A program made the translations under genes and the position numbers. From Cetorhinus maximus (Eukaryota), in contig NC_135889.1 in the NCBI RefSeq assembly GCF_964194155.1, forward strand, positions 58,342,001 through 58,406,000: a DNA stretch of 64,000 bases, in the 5' to 3' direction. This document shows positions 1 through 11,156 of the stretch, one piece after another. Each line of letters begins with the position of its first letter. Within the stretch, counting starts at the first letter, position 1. The notes beneath the pieces are model-generated. The model had not been told where the DNA came from and searched no databases. It was given only the letters and a program-made list of their open reading frames with translations.

Positions 1-19
1 TAGTGCCACTGGTCGACAT
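1..19 (-). CDS. hoxd9: HoxD9 exon 1, first codons only (continues beyond window start)
   Basis: Reverse complement of 1-19 reads ATG TCG ACC AGT GGC ACT A = MSTSGT..., matching the paralogy-group-9 N-terminus MS(S/T)SGT(L/I)SNYYVDS. It lies directly 3' of HoxD10 and has a CCAAT/E-box promoter upstream. Confidence 0.85.
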
Positions 20-119
20 TTTAGGCTCTCTGGCTTTCATAGAAAAGGTTACACTGGAAAGTGTATCTGATACCTTCACTCAGAACAATCATAGTATTTT
101 GCCGACTGCAGTTGCAGCT

Positions 120-155
120 ATTGGTTGCGGCCCTCACGTGACTGTATTTACCAAT
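120..155. promoter_or_regulatory. HoxD9 proximal promoter: CCAAT boxes and E-box
   Basis: ATTGG at 120-124, TCACGTGAC at 134-142 and CCAAT at 151-155, about 100-135 bp upstream of the HoxD9 ATG. This NF-Y/USF-type composite is typical of Hox9 promoters. Confidence 0.7.
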
Positions 156-3100
156 ACAGCGAGTAAATCAATCCGCTCATCGGCCTTACCGCAACTGGGC
201 CTAGACCAGCTTTTACAGAAATAACAAAAAATGCATTATCAATGGACAGAATAAAATCATTTGATCAGGATTGTTGGAAACGTTCTGCTGGAGCCTAAGG
301 AACAACATCTCCAAGTGCAGTTAAAACAGCGTCTGGAGAAGCAGGGGACTATTTTCCCCGTAAGCTAATTAATGTCTGTCACTCATTTCATAATCAGTAG
401 TGCGTGGTCCATGATCTATGTCAAGAGCAAATATCTGTTAGCTTAGTGCAATAAAGCGGCAAGAAAACACCTTCGAGGTACGTTGGTGTTTCTATACTGT
501 ATATTCCCTGCTTAGAAAAGAGCTTTTACAGACCATTGGCTGATTACTCTCATAAAAGGAGTGAACGACATGTTGTAAAACGAAGGATTTGAGCTACTTT
601 TTTTCAAATCTGGACTATAGGAACGTGCTGAGTAATTTCCCATTCTTCGAATTTTCCTCGGCTAATATTTTAATTTGTTTTAAATATCACTGCATTTGAA
701 GTAAAGGGTTCCTCGCCCCTTTATAGTCTGTACTCAGAAGCCACCATAAATGCTTTTATGTCTATCAATAAAATTTTTATGAGGTGCATTTGATTATACA
801 TTAATGTGTCTTTAATAAAACAGGCCTCTTTTGGCATAGTAAAGTATGCTTAACCAAAACTGGACGCTAAAACGTTCCCACAAAAGTACAAGTTTTCCAG
901 CCTATAAATATGTTTCTCGTTCATCGCCTGTTAATAGCAGCTCAGTGTACCATGGTGTACAAAAGAGGAGAATGTGCCCGCTGTTTGGAACATAAACGCA
1001 CCACCAGCTCCAGTGCCGTGTTTCAGTGCTCTCGCTAGTCGATAGAATTGCAGTGAGTCTAAGAGTAAAGATCGAGAAGTTTGAGTTGGTTCCGAGTTTT
1101 AAAAGATGATAGCCATTAAACAGCTGCCGAGAAATTGCGCGTTTCTTCAGATGACACATTCAGTGACCGTCCACCATGACACAATCAGGCAAACCTCGCT
1201 AGCCTAAAGGAAATAAGTTCAGTTTTACATAGTTTAAAAAAAACTAGGCATTTCTAGTTTAATTCCTCTTTCTTTTTCGCATTGAACTTTGTTTTTTTCT
1301 CCTTTTGAGTGGTCAGTAACTGCGCAGTAATCTTGGCATTCACCATGGCCAGATTACAAGCATTGATTGAGTCCACCTCACGGACCTTTCAGAATACACA
1401 TCTTATTAAATATACTGTATTCTTATCGGCTCCTCTTTCTCACTTGTTTATGGGCAAAGACTTTATCATTTGTAATCTCTGTAATATAAACGAGAAGAAA
1501 AACTGCTTAATGTATTGTGGCGAATGATCAAAACCTAAAGATAAGCAAAGCCGAAGGATAAGGCACATCAGTAACCGTTCAACAACTTTGTTGCAGTGTG
1601 AACCGTTGTATATTACTGCCTCGCCTTAGTGCACTCAAGCCATTTTATTTAAACAAGGTGCAACAATTACAGGGCTGAATTTAATTTCTACTTAACCAGA
1701 TCCAGTTTATCCCGATGTAACATGATGCAAATGATAATCTTGCCCAATTTAGGCAGTAGGCAACCATGCAGATTTAGGTGACTGATCGGATGGTTTTCGC
1801 GAATTGCCAGTTTTTGTCAAATTGAAAGAATAGGGAAACATTAATTGCTGTTGTTTTATGCCATTTGCAAAAGAAAAATACGGCTTGTTCCTTTCTTGAC
1901 TGTTAATTACTTTAAGAATGAGGAATGCAATCTCTGCTGCAGCTAGGCGCTGCGATTGCTATGTGTAAACAAAAGAGTGGATTATAATTTTCCTTTTAAG
2001 ATTATTTAAATAAAGCGTAAATAAACTCAAATTGCTGCAACATTCATATCTATAAAGTTTACTGCAGTTCATGCAATGAAAGGTCGCCGGAAAGGTCTTT
2101 CGCTGGCTGCCATTTTACAGCACTTCAAGCAATACTTTGTTTTTTACAGAGTTAAAATGGTTAAGATTAAATATCAACCCCTCCCCCCACCCCTCCACAA
2201 ATTAACTCAGCAAACGCCTTGAAATTTAACTACCGGGTGAATAGTACATCAGTGATAAAGGATTACTTTCCTTGTAAGCTCCCTGACTTAATTCAAAAAA
2301 CAGCAAAAGAGTGCTTTCGAATATTTTAAACATTTGCATGGATCATGGTTTTACAAAACTCTGTTAGGCGAATCATTCTTCTAATTGCAATTGTTATCAA
2401 GGATAAGTAACTAATTTCATCCGTTAATAACTTTAACCCGATTAATTGACCTTGATTTAATTAATTTTCTCATTTGTAAATACAAAGACAGCTGTTAAAA
2501 CGAATTGGGAAGAATGTTTAGCCTGCGGTTTAGACAAGAGAAAATAATTTCCATTTAGTATTCGTAGGACTGTAATTCGAAACAAATATTATGCTAAACA
2601 ATCACTGTTTCTGCACAATGCAAAACACAAATCCTGCGGTGCTTTACTCCAAACTTGGACTTGATTGAGCTGGTGGCTGCGTTTAATTTAGTTTCATTTT
2701 TATATGTGTTTTTTTAATGACCCCGTGCACTCTGTAATTTTAAATGTTTCACGTCTTTCCATCTGTGTAAAGCCTTGTAAATTTGCTGCCACGTTGTTTA
2801 ATTTAACGACTTTATAATGTCTGGGACGCTAAACTGTTGTCGAAGAATTTTAGTAATTTTGATCAACAGTTAAGTGCCTAGCACTTTGTTGCTATTATAT
2901 ACGTGTCTTTTTGTCTGTTCTAATTTAGGCTGCTCCATGTAATTAGGAGGAAAAAACTAGGAATACGGTAGATTCTGAAAAGACGTAGATCTGTAAATAT
3001 AAATGTTACCTTGACTCTTGAAGCTGTTTATTAATTGAATTGAACCATCTCCATCAAAAAAAATGTATCGAATTAAACCATTAGCCGATTGTCCTTTTCG

Positions 3101-3760
3101 GTCCATTATACGCTTACAGCGCTTTAAGTTGTGTGTTTTTTTGCCTCTATTAACCTTAGGTTAAGGAATTCCACGTTATAAATACCATTTAATAAATATT
3201 ACGAAACTGTGAAATTCGTTACGCGGTGTGCTAAAAATAGCAAAGACCTCACCATTTTACTAAAATTATTCCCCTTATCGGCGCGGGTGACATTTACAAG
3301 ATGCAGCTGCGCATCCAGAAAGAACGGAGTTCTGAATTCACGCTGTTTGACCCTCACTGCAACTAAATAGCCTGTGTTTCGTACAGGATAAAAATAACAC
3401 GTGAGCATAATAATTGCCATTTGCATTGAACATGTCGGAATAACTAGTCTTAGATGCGTTGCTTCTGTTTATTAACGCCAAGGACGCCATTAGAACGGTA
3501 GTTTTGATATCCTGGTTAAGATTAAACCCAAATAAACAAATAATCAAGCACTGAACCGTGAACGTTTTTTCGTTAATAAAGCGGATTATTATTTTCCGTA
3601 CATATTTCTATAGCAAACTTTAACGTTTAAATTATAAATTTCAATTGTTAGTTCAGATAGTGCCCGCTTATGTCCCAGTAGAAGGTTTATGCTCATAATC
3701 ATAAAGGAAATATAGATTCCTATTGACGCATAGCAGCTCCGAAGAGACAAAACATAAATA

Positions 3761-3945
3761 AATCTGTAATAAAAACAGAAAATGTTGAAAATACTCAGCA
3801 GGTCAGGCAGCATTTGTGGAGAAGGAAACAGGCCCATCGACCTGAAGGGTTAACTATTTCCCGCTCCACAGATGCTGTCTGACCTATTGAGTGTCTCCAG
3901 CATTTTCTGTTCATATTTCAGATTCTCAGCGACCGCAGTATTTTC
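3761..3945. repeat. Short inverted-repeat (hairpin/MITE-like) element
   Basis: Arms 3774-3821 and 3864-3911 are reverse complements at 40/48 positions, and all 8 mismatches are transitions. The pattern ...aatgctggaaatactcagcaggtcaggcagcatctgtggag... resembles a common shark interspersed repeat. Confidence 0.8.
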
Positions 3946-4395
3946 ATTTTCGATAAAGAAATATGTACTTGCTTCTTGGACAAGTTCCTTCTACATGGTT
4001 TTTTTTAAAAAAAATAGAAGCCAACAGACGCAATAAATAATAATTTGATAAATAAATGCGTATGTTTACAATGATGTTACTTGTATCAAACTGGGCGCAC
4101 TGTCGGTCTAATCTTGCCCTTTGCTTTAATTTAGAATCGAACTCATTTAATGATTTAGCGCTGGTCGGTTGAAGATTACGGGAACGCAATGTTCTGAAAT
4201 ATGAGGAAAGGAATTTGGATTTATATCTATATTGTACATTTACATTAAATTTATTAAACCTTTAAAGTATTGTGAAAAGTATTACGTTTAAATCATTTTC
4301 CTTGAAGTGCCCACGAGTAACAATTTCGCCAATTGGCGAAGGCTTCGTAAATTGCAAAATGGATTGAAGAAATTGAAATCTAACTTAGGATTTAT

Positions 4396-4444
4396 TGTTT
4401 ATATTTATATTTATTTATATATATATATATATACTATATATATA
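4396..4444. repeat. (TA)n / AT-rich microsatellite in or near the HoxD10 3' UTR
   Basis: Run of tatatatata... seen directly. Confidence 0.8.
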
Positions 4445-5011
4445 CGTGCAACAGACACATGCATATAAATAGACATGAAAATTTGTATCACGACTGCATC
4501 ACATACTCCAAAAATGGATCTAAGAATGTCTCCTACAGACCTGTTATTTTAACACTGTACTTTATGGGACCACTGTTTAAGAGTAACTCTGTAATAAGCA
4601 ATTCAAATCGTGTGTTTCTAATACTGTTGCTCATGGTATTGTCACATCTGATTTGCAATTACTAAATAAATGTAATTTTTCTGAATGTAGTGATTTTGGA
4701 AAATGTGATGTTCTGGTGTACAACACACTTGCCTCAAATTGCCCGAATAACTTCAGCATGTCAAATAACTTAAGATCTACTTACTAAACAAAGTAAATAA
4801 TTTGTCGCGTATTAGATAGGACAATTTCTTAGAAAATATTCTTGTTACGGTAAACGTGCTAATTGTACTTTCAAACAACCATAACACTAAAATGGTCAAA
4901 TCAGAATAATTGACAATATCCCAGAGTGGGCAAACAGCAAGGTTCTAAGGTCCCCAGTAAACCGCCACAGTATCAAGTGTGTTGAATCACGGTGGAATCC
5001 GTATTCCACGC

Positions 5012-5283
5012 TCATGAGAAGGTGAGGTTAGTGGTCAGTTCTCGAATTCGGGTTTCTCTGTTCATTTTCTTCAGCTTCATCCTCCGATTTTGAAACCAGA
5101 TCTTGACTTGTCTGTCGGTCAGATTCACGCTCTTACTTATCTCTAGACGGCGCTCACGAGTCAGGTACATATTAAATAAAAACTCTTTCTCTAATTCCAG
5201 TGTTTGATATTTTGTATAAGGACATCTCTTCTTCCTTCCACTCTTTGCTGTTAGCCAGTTGCTTATCGGAGTTTTGAGCTCTT
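5012..5283 (-). CDS. hoxd10: HoxD10 exon 2 (homeodomain)
   Basis: Acceptor ...ttatgatag|AA. Encodes [90 protein letters not shown], a PG10 homeodomain with a D10-type C-terminus. Confidence 0.96.
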
Positions 5284-6506
5284 CTATCATAATAAGAAAT
5301 AAGAGGTGAGATTTTAGCAAACACGCCTCTATAAAAACTAAACTTCGAATCAGTCTCAGCCAGTGTGGTTGTACAGAAAACTGACATCTTACGTTATGCA
5401 CATACTGCAGCAACCTAATACATGCTCTTTACTTGTTGCTAAATTGTCAAACAAATGCGCACATAAATTGGTGCAATTCAAAGAGAAAATCGCTTAATAC
5501 ATCAAGGAGGTTAAAAATATGCTTTTGGAGATTGACAAATAGTATTATATAATACACCATTTATTGTAATGCACATTTTGGGACAGGTTTCTTTGTGAAT
5601 TGTAAAATATATGCCAGAGCGATTTTAGATGCACGGGAAACAGACAATTTGTTAACATTGGATGATTAGTAGGCAATGTTGTTACTTGTGAACGGAATGT
5701 AAAGCTATGGGCTGCAGTGCACCAATAGGATTTTCACCAATAGGTCGTTTCTCAACTTCATAACCAAAATTTACTGATTGTGAAATCCTGACAATACAGA
5801 CGTATGTGGCCATGATAATAATTCCGGAGGTAAATCTTAGGCTATTAAACATACTATCGGTGCCTCTTATAGAGCAGGTTAATTGGAATTTATGATTATA
5901 CGCGCTGGTAATATCTCACATTCTACGAATGGAACTTTTATCACTGCTTATAGTAATATGTTACGTATCTAACATGAACTGTTCAAGGGAAAGCGACAAT
6001 TTTAACTGCGGCCAACACTTTCCCAGCCGCTATTCCCAGTCCAGCAAATGATGCAAATAACTTATTTTCCACAATGGAGCGAGTACAACTGAGCTTGCGC
6101 CGTGGTGCCAAATATATAAATAGTTGCCTTTAATATATTGTATGTGGTGTACGGCACTAAAAGTTTCATCCAGGGCTCGCATTAAATGACACATTCCAAT
6201 GCCAAGATGAAACTATCAATGTTATACTGACATCTGTAAATGATTTGCTGGCCTTTGCTACGTCATTAATAATTTCATGGAATCGCTGAGCACATTTCCC
6301 AACAATTCATTGCATTAAAAGAAAGCTGTCCTTTTATTCAGCATTATGCAGACTTTGTGCTTTGTTTGTAAATTTAGGTGATCAGAAATACACATACCTT
6401 GCCATACATATTGCCATGATAAAGTTACGTATTGTAGTGGCTATGCAAACCTTTGTATTCCCTTTACGACGCTGCCATGCTCACATTAAATCTTTTAAAT
6501 GCTCAC

Positions 6507-7245
6507 CTTTAGTCTCATTGTCCGACAGCTCCGAGCTAGATTCGGCTTCCTCAGCGGTTGCACTGGCCTCCATTATTCTCGGCTTTAGTTCAGGAGTTTC
6601 CACATATATTCCTTTAATGGATTCCTGTGCGTTTGGCTTCTCGATTATTTTCCTTTCCACTGTAGATTGGCTGGATACCTGGAGTTTACTGATAAGCCCT
6701 AGATTTGGCTGCGGCATTACGTTTGAACTGATTTCCCCAGCGTGATTATAGTCCAGGCTTTTCTCCAAAGGATAAGCTTGACAGAGTCTGAAATATCCCG
6801 GGATGGGAATTTCAGGGTTTTCAATGGAACAGTTTTCGGAGACCAGCCTGGGATAAGCGGGAATTGCGTTAGGATTGAGTTTTGCCCGTTTATCAGAATT
6901 ATACATGCAGCAAGTGCTTTCTTCCTTTATGCTAGCAGGAAATGAGCACGTGGGCATCTGTGGAGTAACAGGTTGTTCAATTCGGCATGGTCTTGAAGGG
7001 TCAGCCCAGCCATCTACCTGAGGTAAATACGGATGAACGCTGATGCTCATGTTTTGATGGCTAACCTCTCCCCGTTTAGTCATGGTCGGGAGCAGTCCAC
7101 AGGTCTGCATTCCGTAAGTTCCCATATCCGCGCTCGATGGCATGTACATGGAGCTGCTTGAATAGAAACCGTCACCCCTACAAGCACTAATCAGGGAATC
7201 TACTAAAAACGAGTTGGTGGCGGGCGAGCTGCTGGGACAGGACAT
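6507..7245 (-). CDS. hoxd10: HoxD10 exon 1
   Basis: ATG at 7245 gives [23 protein letters not shown].... Phase-1 donor AAAG|GTGAGC at 6507/6506 joins exon 2 in frame, giving 1011 nt and 336 aa. Confidence 0.95.
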
Positions 7246-7341
7246 TTTGGAGAGTAATTTGAAGAAGGCAGATGATGTCCTTTGTAAGCTGACATCTCTA
7301 ACAAAACATTCCCTGTGTAATTGTGGATGCCTCTGTACAAC

Positions 7342-7410
7342 CACATGACTGCGGAGCCAATGGAATTTGAAAATGGCCTTGAAGCACTACCTCCCCGCAT
7401 ATCACATGAC
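7342..7410. promoter_or_regulatory. HoxD10 proximal E-box/CCAAT elements
   Basis: CACATGAC at 7342-7349, CCAAT at 7357-7361 and TCACATGAC at 7402-7410, upstream of the ATG. Confidence 0.6.
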
Positions 7411-10400
7411 CCACAGCCGGTTGAATTTGAGCTTAACTGTGGACAACAGCGACACCTACAACTGCAATTCCAAAGTGACGCCCGCTCCCGCTCATCGTAA
7501 GCTCCACACAGACCCCGGCTCAAACCTTTCATCATGTTCATACTTCAGGCTGTATAATTTCTACCCAGCCCATCGATCGGAAAATAATTAGCATTCCGCT
7601 TGCTAAAATGCCACCAGCTTTTTTTGATAAGGCTAAAAGGAAATTGATCGAAGAAAAAAATCGTTGTAATTTCTGACCATCGGGAAGTTTTTAGTAGAAA
7701 ATGTCGGCGATATGGAATGAGTGCGGAGCAGAGCAGGTTCATGATCTGAACGTCTTTGTAGTTTTAGGGACCCCGGAGCTGCCAGGATATTTCACTATAT
7801 ACATTCTACACATCACGCCTATTGTCTGTATACCAGCCGGATCATGCACTTTGTTTTGATATAAACCAAGCATTTTGTGAAATCAATGAATGAAATCAAA
7901 ATAGTGCAGGCTTATCAGCATTCATTGATAAAATTCTTGCTGTTATTGAGCTAAACTACACTCTATTTAGCTGCAAGCACGTAAAAGTATTTTAATGTAT
8001 AATAAAACCAATCTTCATGAGTAAAATTTATCCTTAGGAGCGGCCATAAGAGTGTTCACATTTGAATTATTGTAAACTGCCTCACGCTCTGTTCTTTTCA
8101 TTACAGTAGTTGCAGAGCAGACTTACTGATGTTGATACCACACGCTTCCATTACGTGGTTGCATTCAAACATTTGCACACTCAATGAGGAAAAGACGCAT
8201 TTTGCGAATCTTGCCATCACTTTTTTAAAAAAATTAATAAGTATGATTAAGTTCAGAGTTTATTACCCTATCCTAAAAATCCCACCTTAACTTTGGAATT
8301 CTAACACATCTCCCTGCTGCAGGTGGGCGGCTTAGCTGTTGATCGTCAATAGATCCATTCTACAAAATAGGCCGGGAATGTCCCCGCACTGGGCGATCGA
8401 AAAACAACGGGAAGGCACGCCGCTTATTTGTTTGTTTTCCAACGCTGGCAGTGACCGTGCTTGTTGTTTTCGGGATTTAGTGTGGTTGATGGAGTTCCAT
8501 TCTTGTGCTGCCTTCATTCGCAACCGATTTTTCGAACTTTCTAAAAGGAGAAAATCTGCCATTTAACAGCACATGTCCACGTCCGGTCATAGGTAGAACC
8601 CGCTAGGGTTCAAGAAAATCCAAATAAGGGCGAGCATCAGCTATGGAGGAGCAATGTGACATCCACACCAAACCACCGAGATTTTCCACTTAGCAAAAAG
8701 AAGAGCGAAGGGGACAGTGTCAGGGTCAAGGCTGTCACGGTGTCCCCATTTCTCTATTTATTTTGAAACGTAAACCTAAGCTTTCGGGTGTTTTCGGATT
8801 ATGTGATTCTTAGTCTTGCACTATCTAAAATTCTACAAATATTGAAAATGAACAAAACATTAGGAAAGCTCTAAATACTTGCGGGACGTGAAAGTTATTC
8901 TCACATATGTCTATAATTCTTTTCGCAGATAACTTACGGCTGTTTATTTACACATTATTATTTCTGACTTGATAGAATTTGTAGTCCAAATCTTTATGGC
9001 GTCCCTGCATTTTAAGGTTTACATTTGATTCGTGCTTGCAGCGATTCTAAGCCAGGACAGAACTTCGTTCACAACGCTTTGATGTTGTGTAGTTATCTCC
9101 GGCGCATAAACATTGCTTCCAATGAGCATTGGTAGAGAAACACAATTATCTGGATCCTAAAGCGTTCATATTTCTCCAAGATACATTACAATCCCGTTCT
9201 TAACAGCCAAACCTGTCTTAGCAAAGGACTTACAAGAGGGACTAGATTTGGCTCTGAAGGTTCTTAAACTATGTTCTTTCCGTGTAAAATCATTTTGCTA
9301 AATTTTAAAAAAGCAACCTAAAATACCAGTGATATGACTGGGCGAGCAATGTACCCAGTTGAGCACATCATACATTATTGATAAATTTATTAAATTTAGA
9401 TTAATTTATTCAGCGTCTTGTCTTAATTAAAAATGGGAGTAGACATGCTTTGATGTAAAACTAGTCTTCCAGGCAAGGGCAAGAGTAGCAGTACAAAGGA
9501 AAAAACGGTTGCTTTTCCCGGGCTTTTGGAATCCTGGACGCATTTATGTGTAACATGGGTGAATATGTGCAAAATACAGAAATAAGATTGATGCCACTTT
9601 CTATTCTTGACTTCTTTATTATTTCCTCCGTCAAACATAAAAGCAGTTTACATTCTAGTAAAATAAAATACAATTAGCCACTGCTGTTTTACAATTGATA
9701 ACGGATACTATTCATTATACATATGTAGATACCACGACTACATCTGGAAAAATACGATACTTTGAGAACTGTTCTAAGCAATAGACTAACCCCAACGATT
9801 TGTTTATCATAAACAATGAATTGTTGAACGAGAGCCAACATTGTGCTTTTATTACACAACCATGTTATAAACAATAATCAAATCCATGGCTAACAAAGTC
9901 AAGCCAGCGGGAGCACTTTACTTGTAAGCGATCAAAAGGAAAAAGCTAGCGGCAGTGACTTTGCAAGTAGGACAGACAAGAACCGATGCCCCGCTATTTC
10001 CACAGATACTTGCAGCCTTGAACAAGGGAATTCTCAGCGCCTTGAGGCCTTCACAGTATAAAACTGGTATTTATATACAAATTGCGATCTCAAAATTGAA
10101 TAACCATCGAAAGATGAAATGCTTTGATGTTAGAATAGGCAATGCATAGCTCAAACGTGTTTTCATCATGAAGTGTTTCTTCTTCATTCAACACAAGGCA
10201 ATACGTTGCTCAGGAGCCGTGACTTGTGCCGCCATTTATTAGTACCTCACATTTGCCGTCACATTGTACGGGGCACGCTAAAGACGAGCAACATCAGTTA
10301 CCACAGTACTACGTAGGGAGGCATTACCGCTGTATATTTGTATTTATGCATATGTTTATCAGCTATAAATTGCTATGCAGGAAACATTTTAAATTTACAA

Positions 10401-11132
10401 AACCGCTTTCACATTCTCGTCTACACATTGCCTATTTACGCACTAGCATGGCGTTGATTGTATCAACGTTTATTAAAGACACAATGGGAGCGGGTTATCG
10501 CATTAAGCATCGCTTAAGTTTACACTGCACCAATTGCATGCCAAGTAAACAAAACAATTTAATTGTATCAAGCGGTCTTGCATGATACTATAAATGTTAA
10601 TTTCAATGTGCTCAAGTAAAATTATAAGTCTGTAAACCTGTATCATAAGACCCCTAGTATGCCAAAAATACCCTCATAAAATATTACGACTGCAAACGCA
10701 GGAGAATTAACGGCTATGAAATCTTTGAACTATAAAATGTCCTGGTATGCAGGGGAGAAGATTAAATATCAAACACAGTTATCATGAGGGTACACTCAAC
10801 ACACGCAGAGCCAAGTTTCGCAAAGGGAAGGTTATATTAATAGCAGCTCGAAAGTGAACTGACTGATTAGTCTCCGAACGATACTTTAATGTTTAATAAC
10901 GTAGTTATAAGCTGTTTATGGGAGAAATGTTACACACAATCCTCCTTAAATTAGTTCTAATGATGGAGATTAATTAAAATCTCGTAATGCATTAAAGCGC
11001 CAACGCGGAATGTGATTTGATGGAAGGATTTTATATTAGGCAAGCTTAATGAATATTAGATTTAAACAGGAACATAAAGTATTACATTTGCAGCGATTTG
11101 CAATATAAACCAAGCAACATTCCCCTTCCGTA

Positions 11133-11156
11133 CGCGCGCGCGCACACACACACACA
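11133..11156. repeat. (CG)n(CA)n compound microsatellite
   Basis: cgcgcgcgcgcacacacacacaca seen directly. Confidence 0.75.

Noticed and set aside
20-5011. miR-196 hairpin between Hox9 and Hox10
   Set aside because: I searched by eye for TAGGTAGTTTCATGTTGTTGG and its reverse complement and found only short chance matches (e.g. taggcagt near 1750). An Infernal or miRBase search would settle it.
7246-7344. Upstream non-ATG extension of HoxD10 in the ORF track
   Set aside because: It starts at GTG within promoter/5' UTR motifs. The conserved PG10 start is the ATG at 7245.
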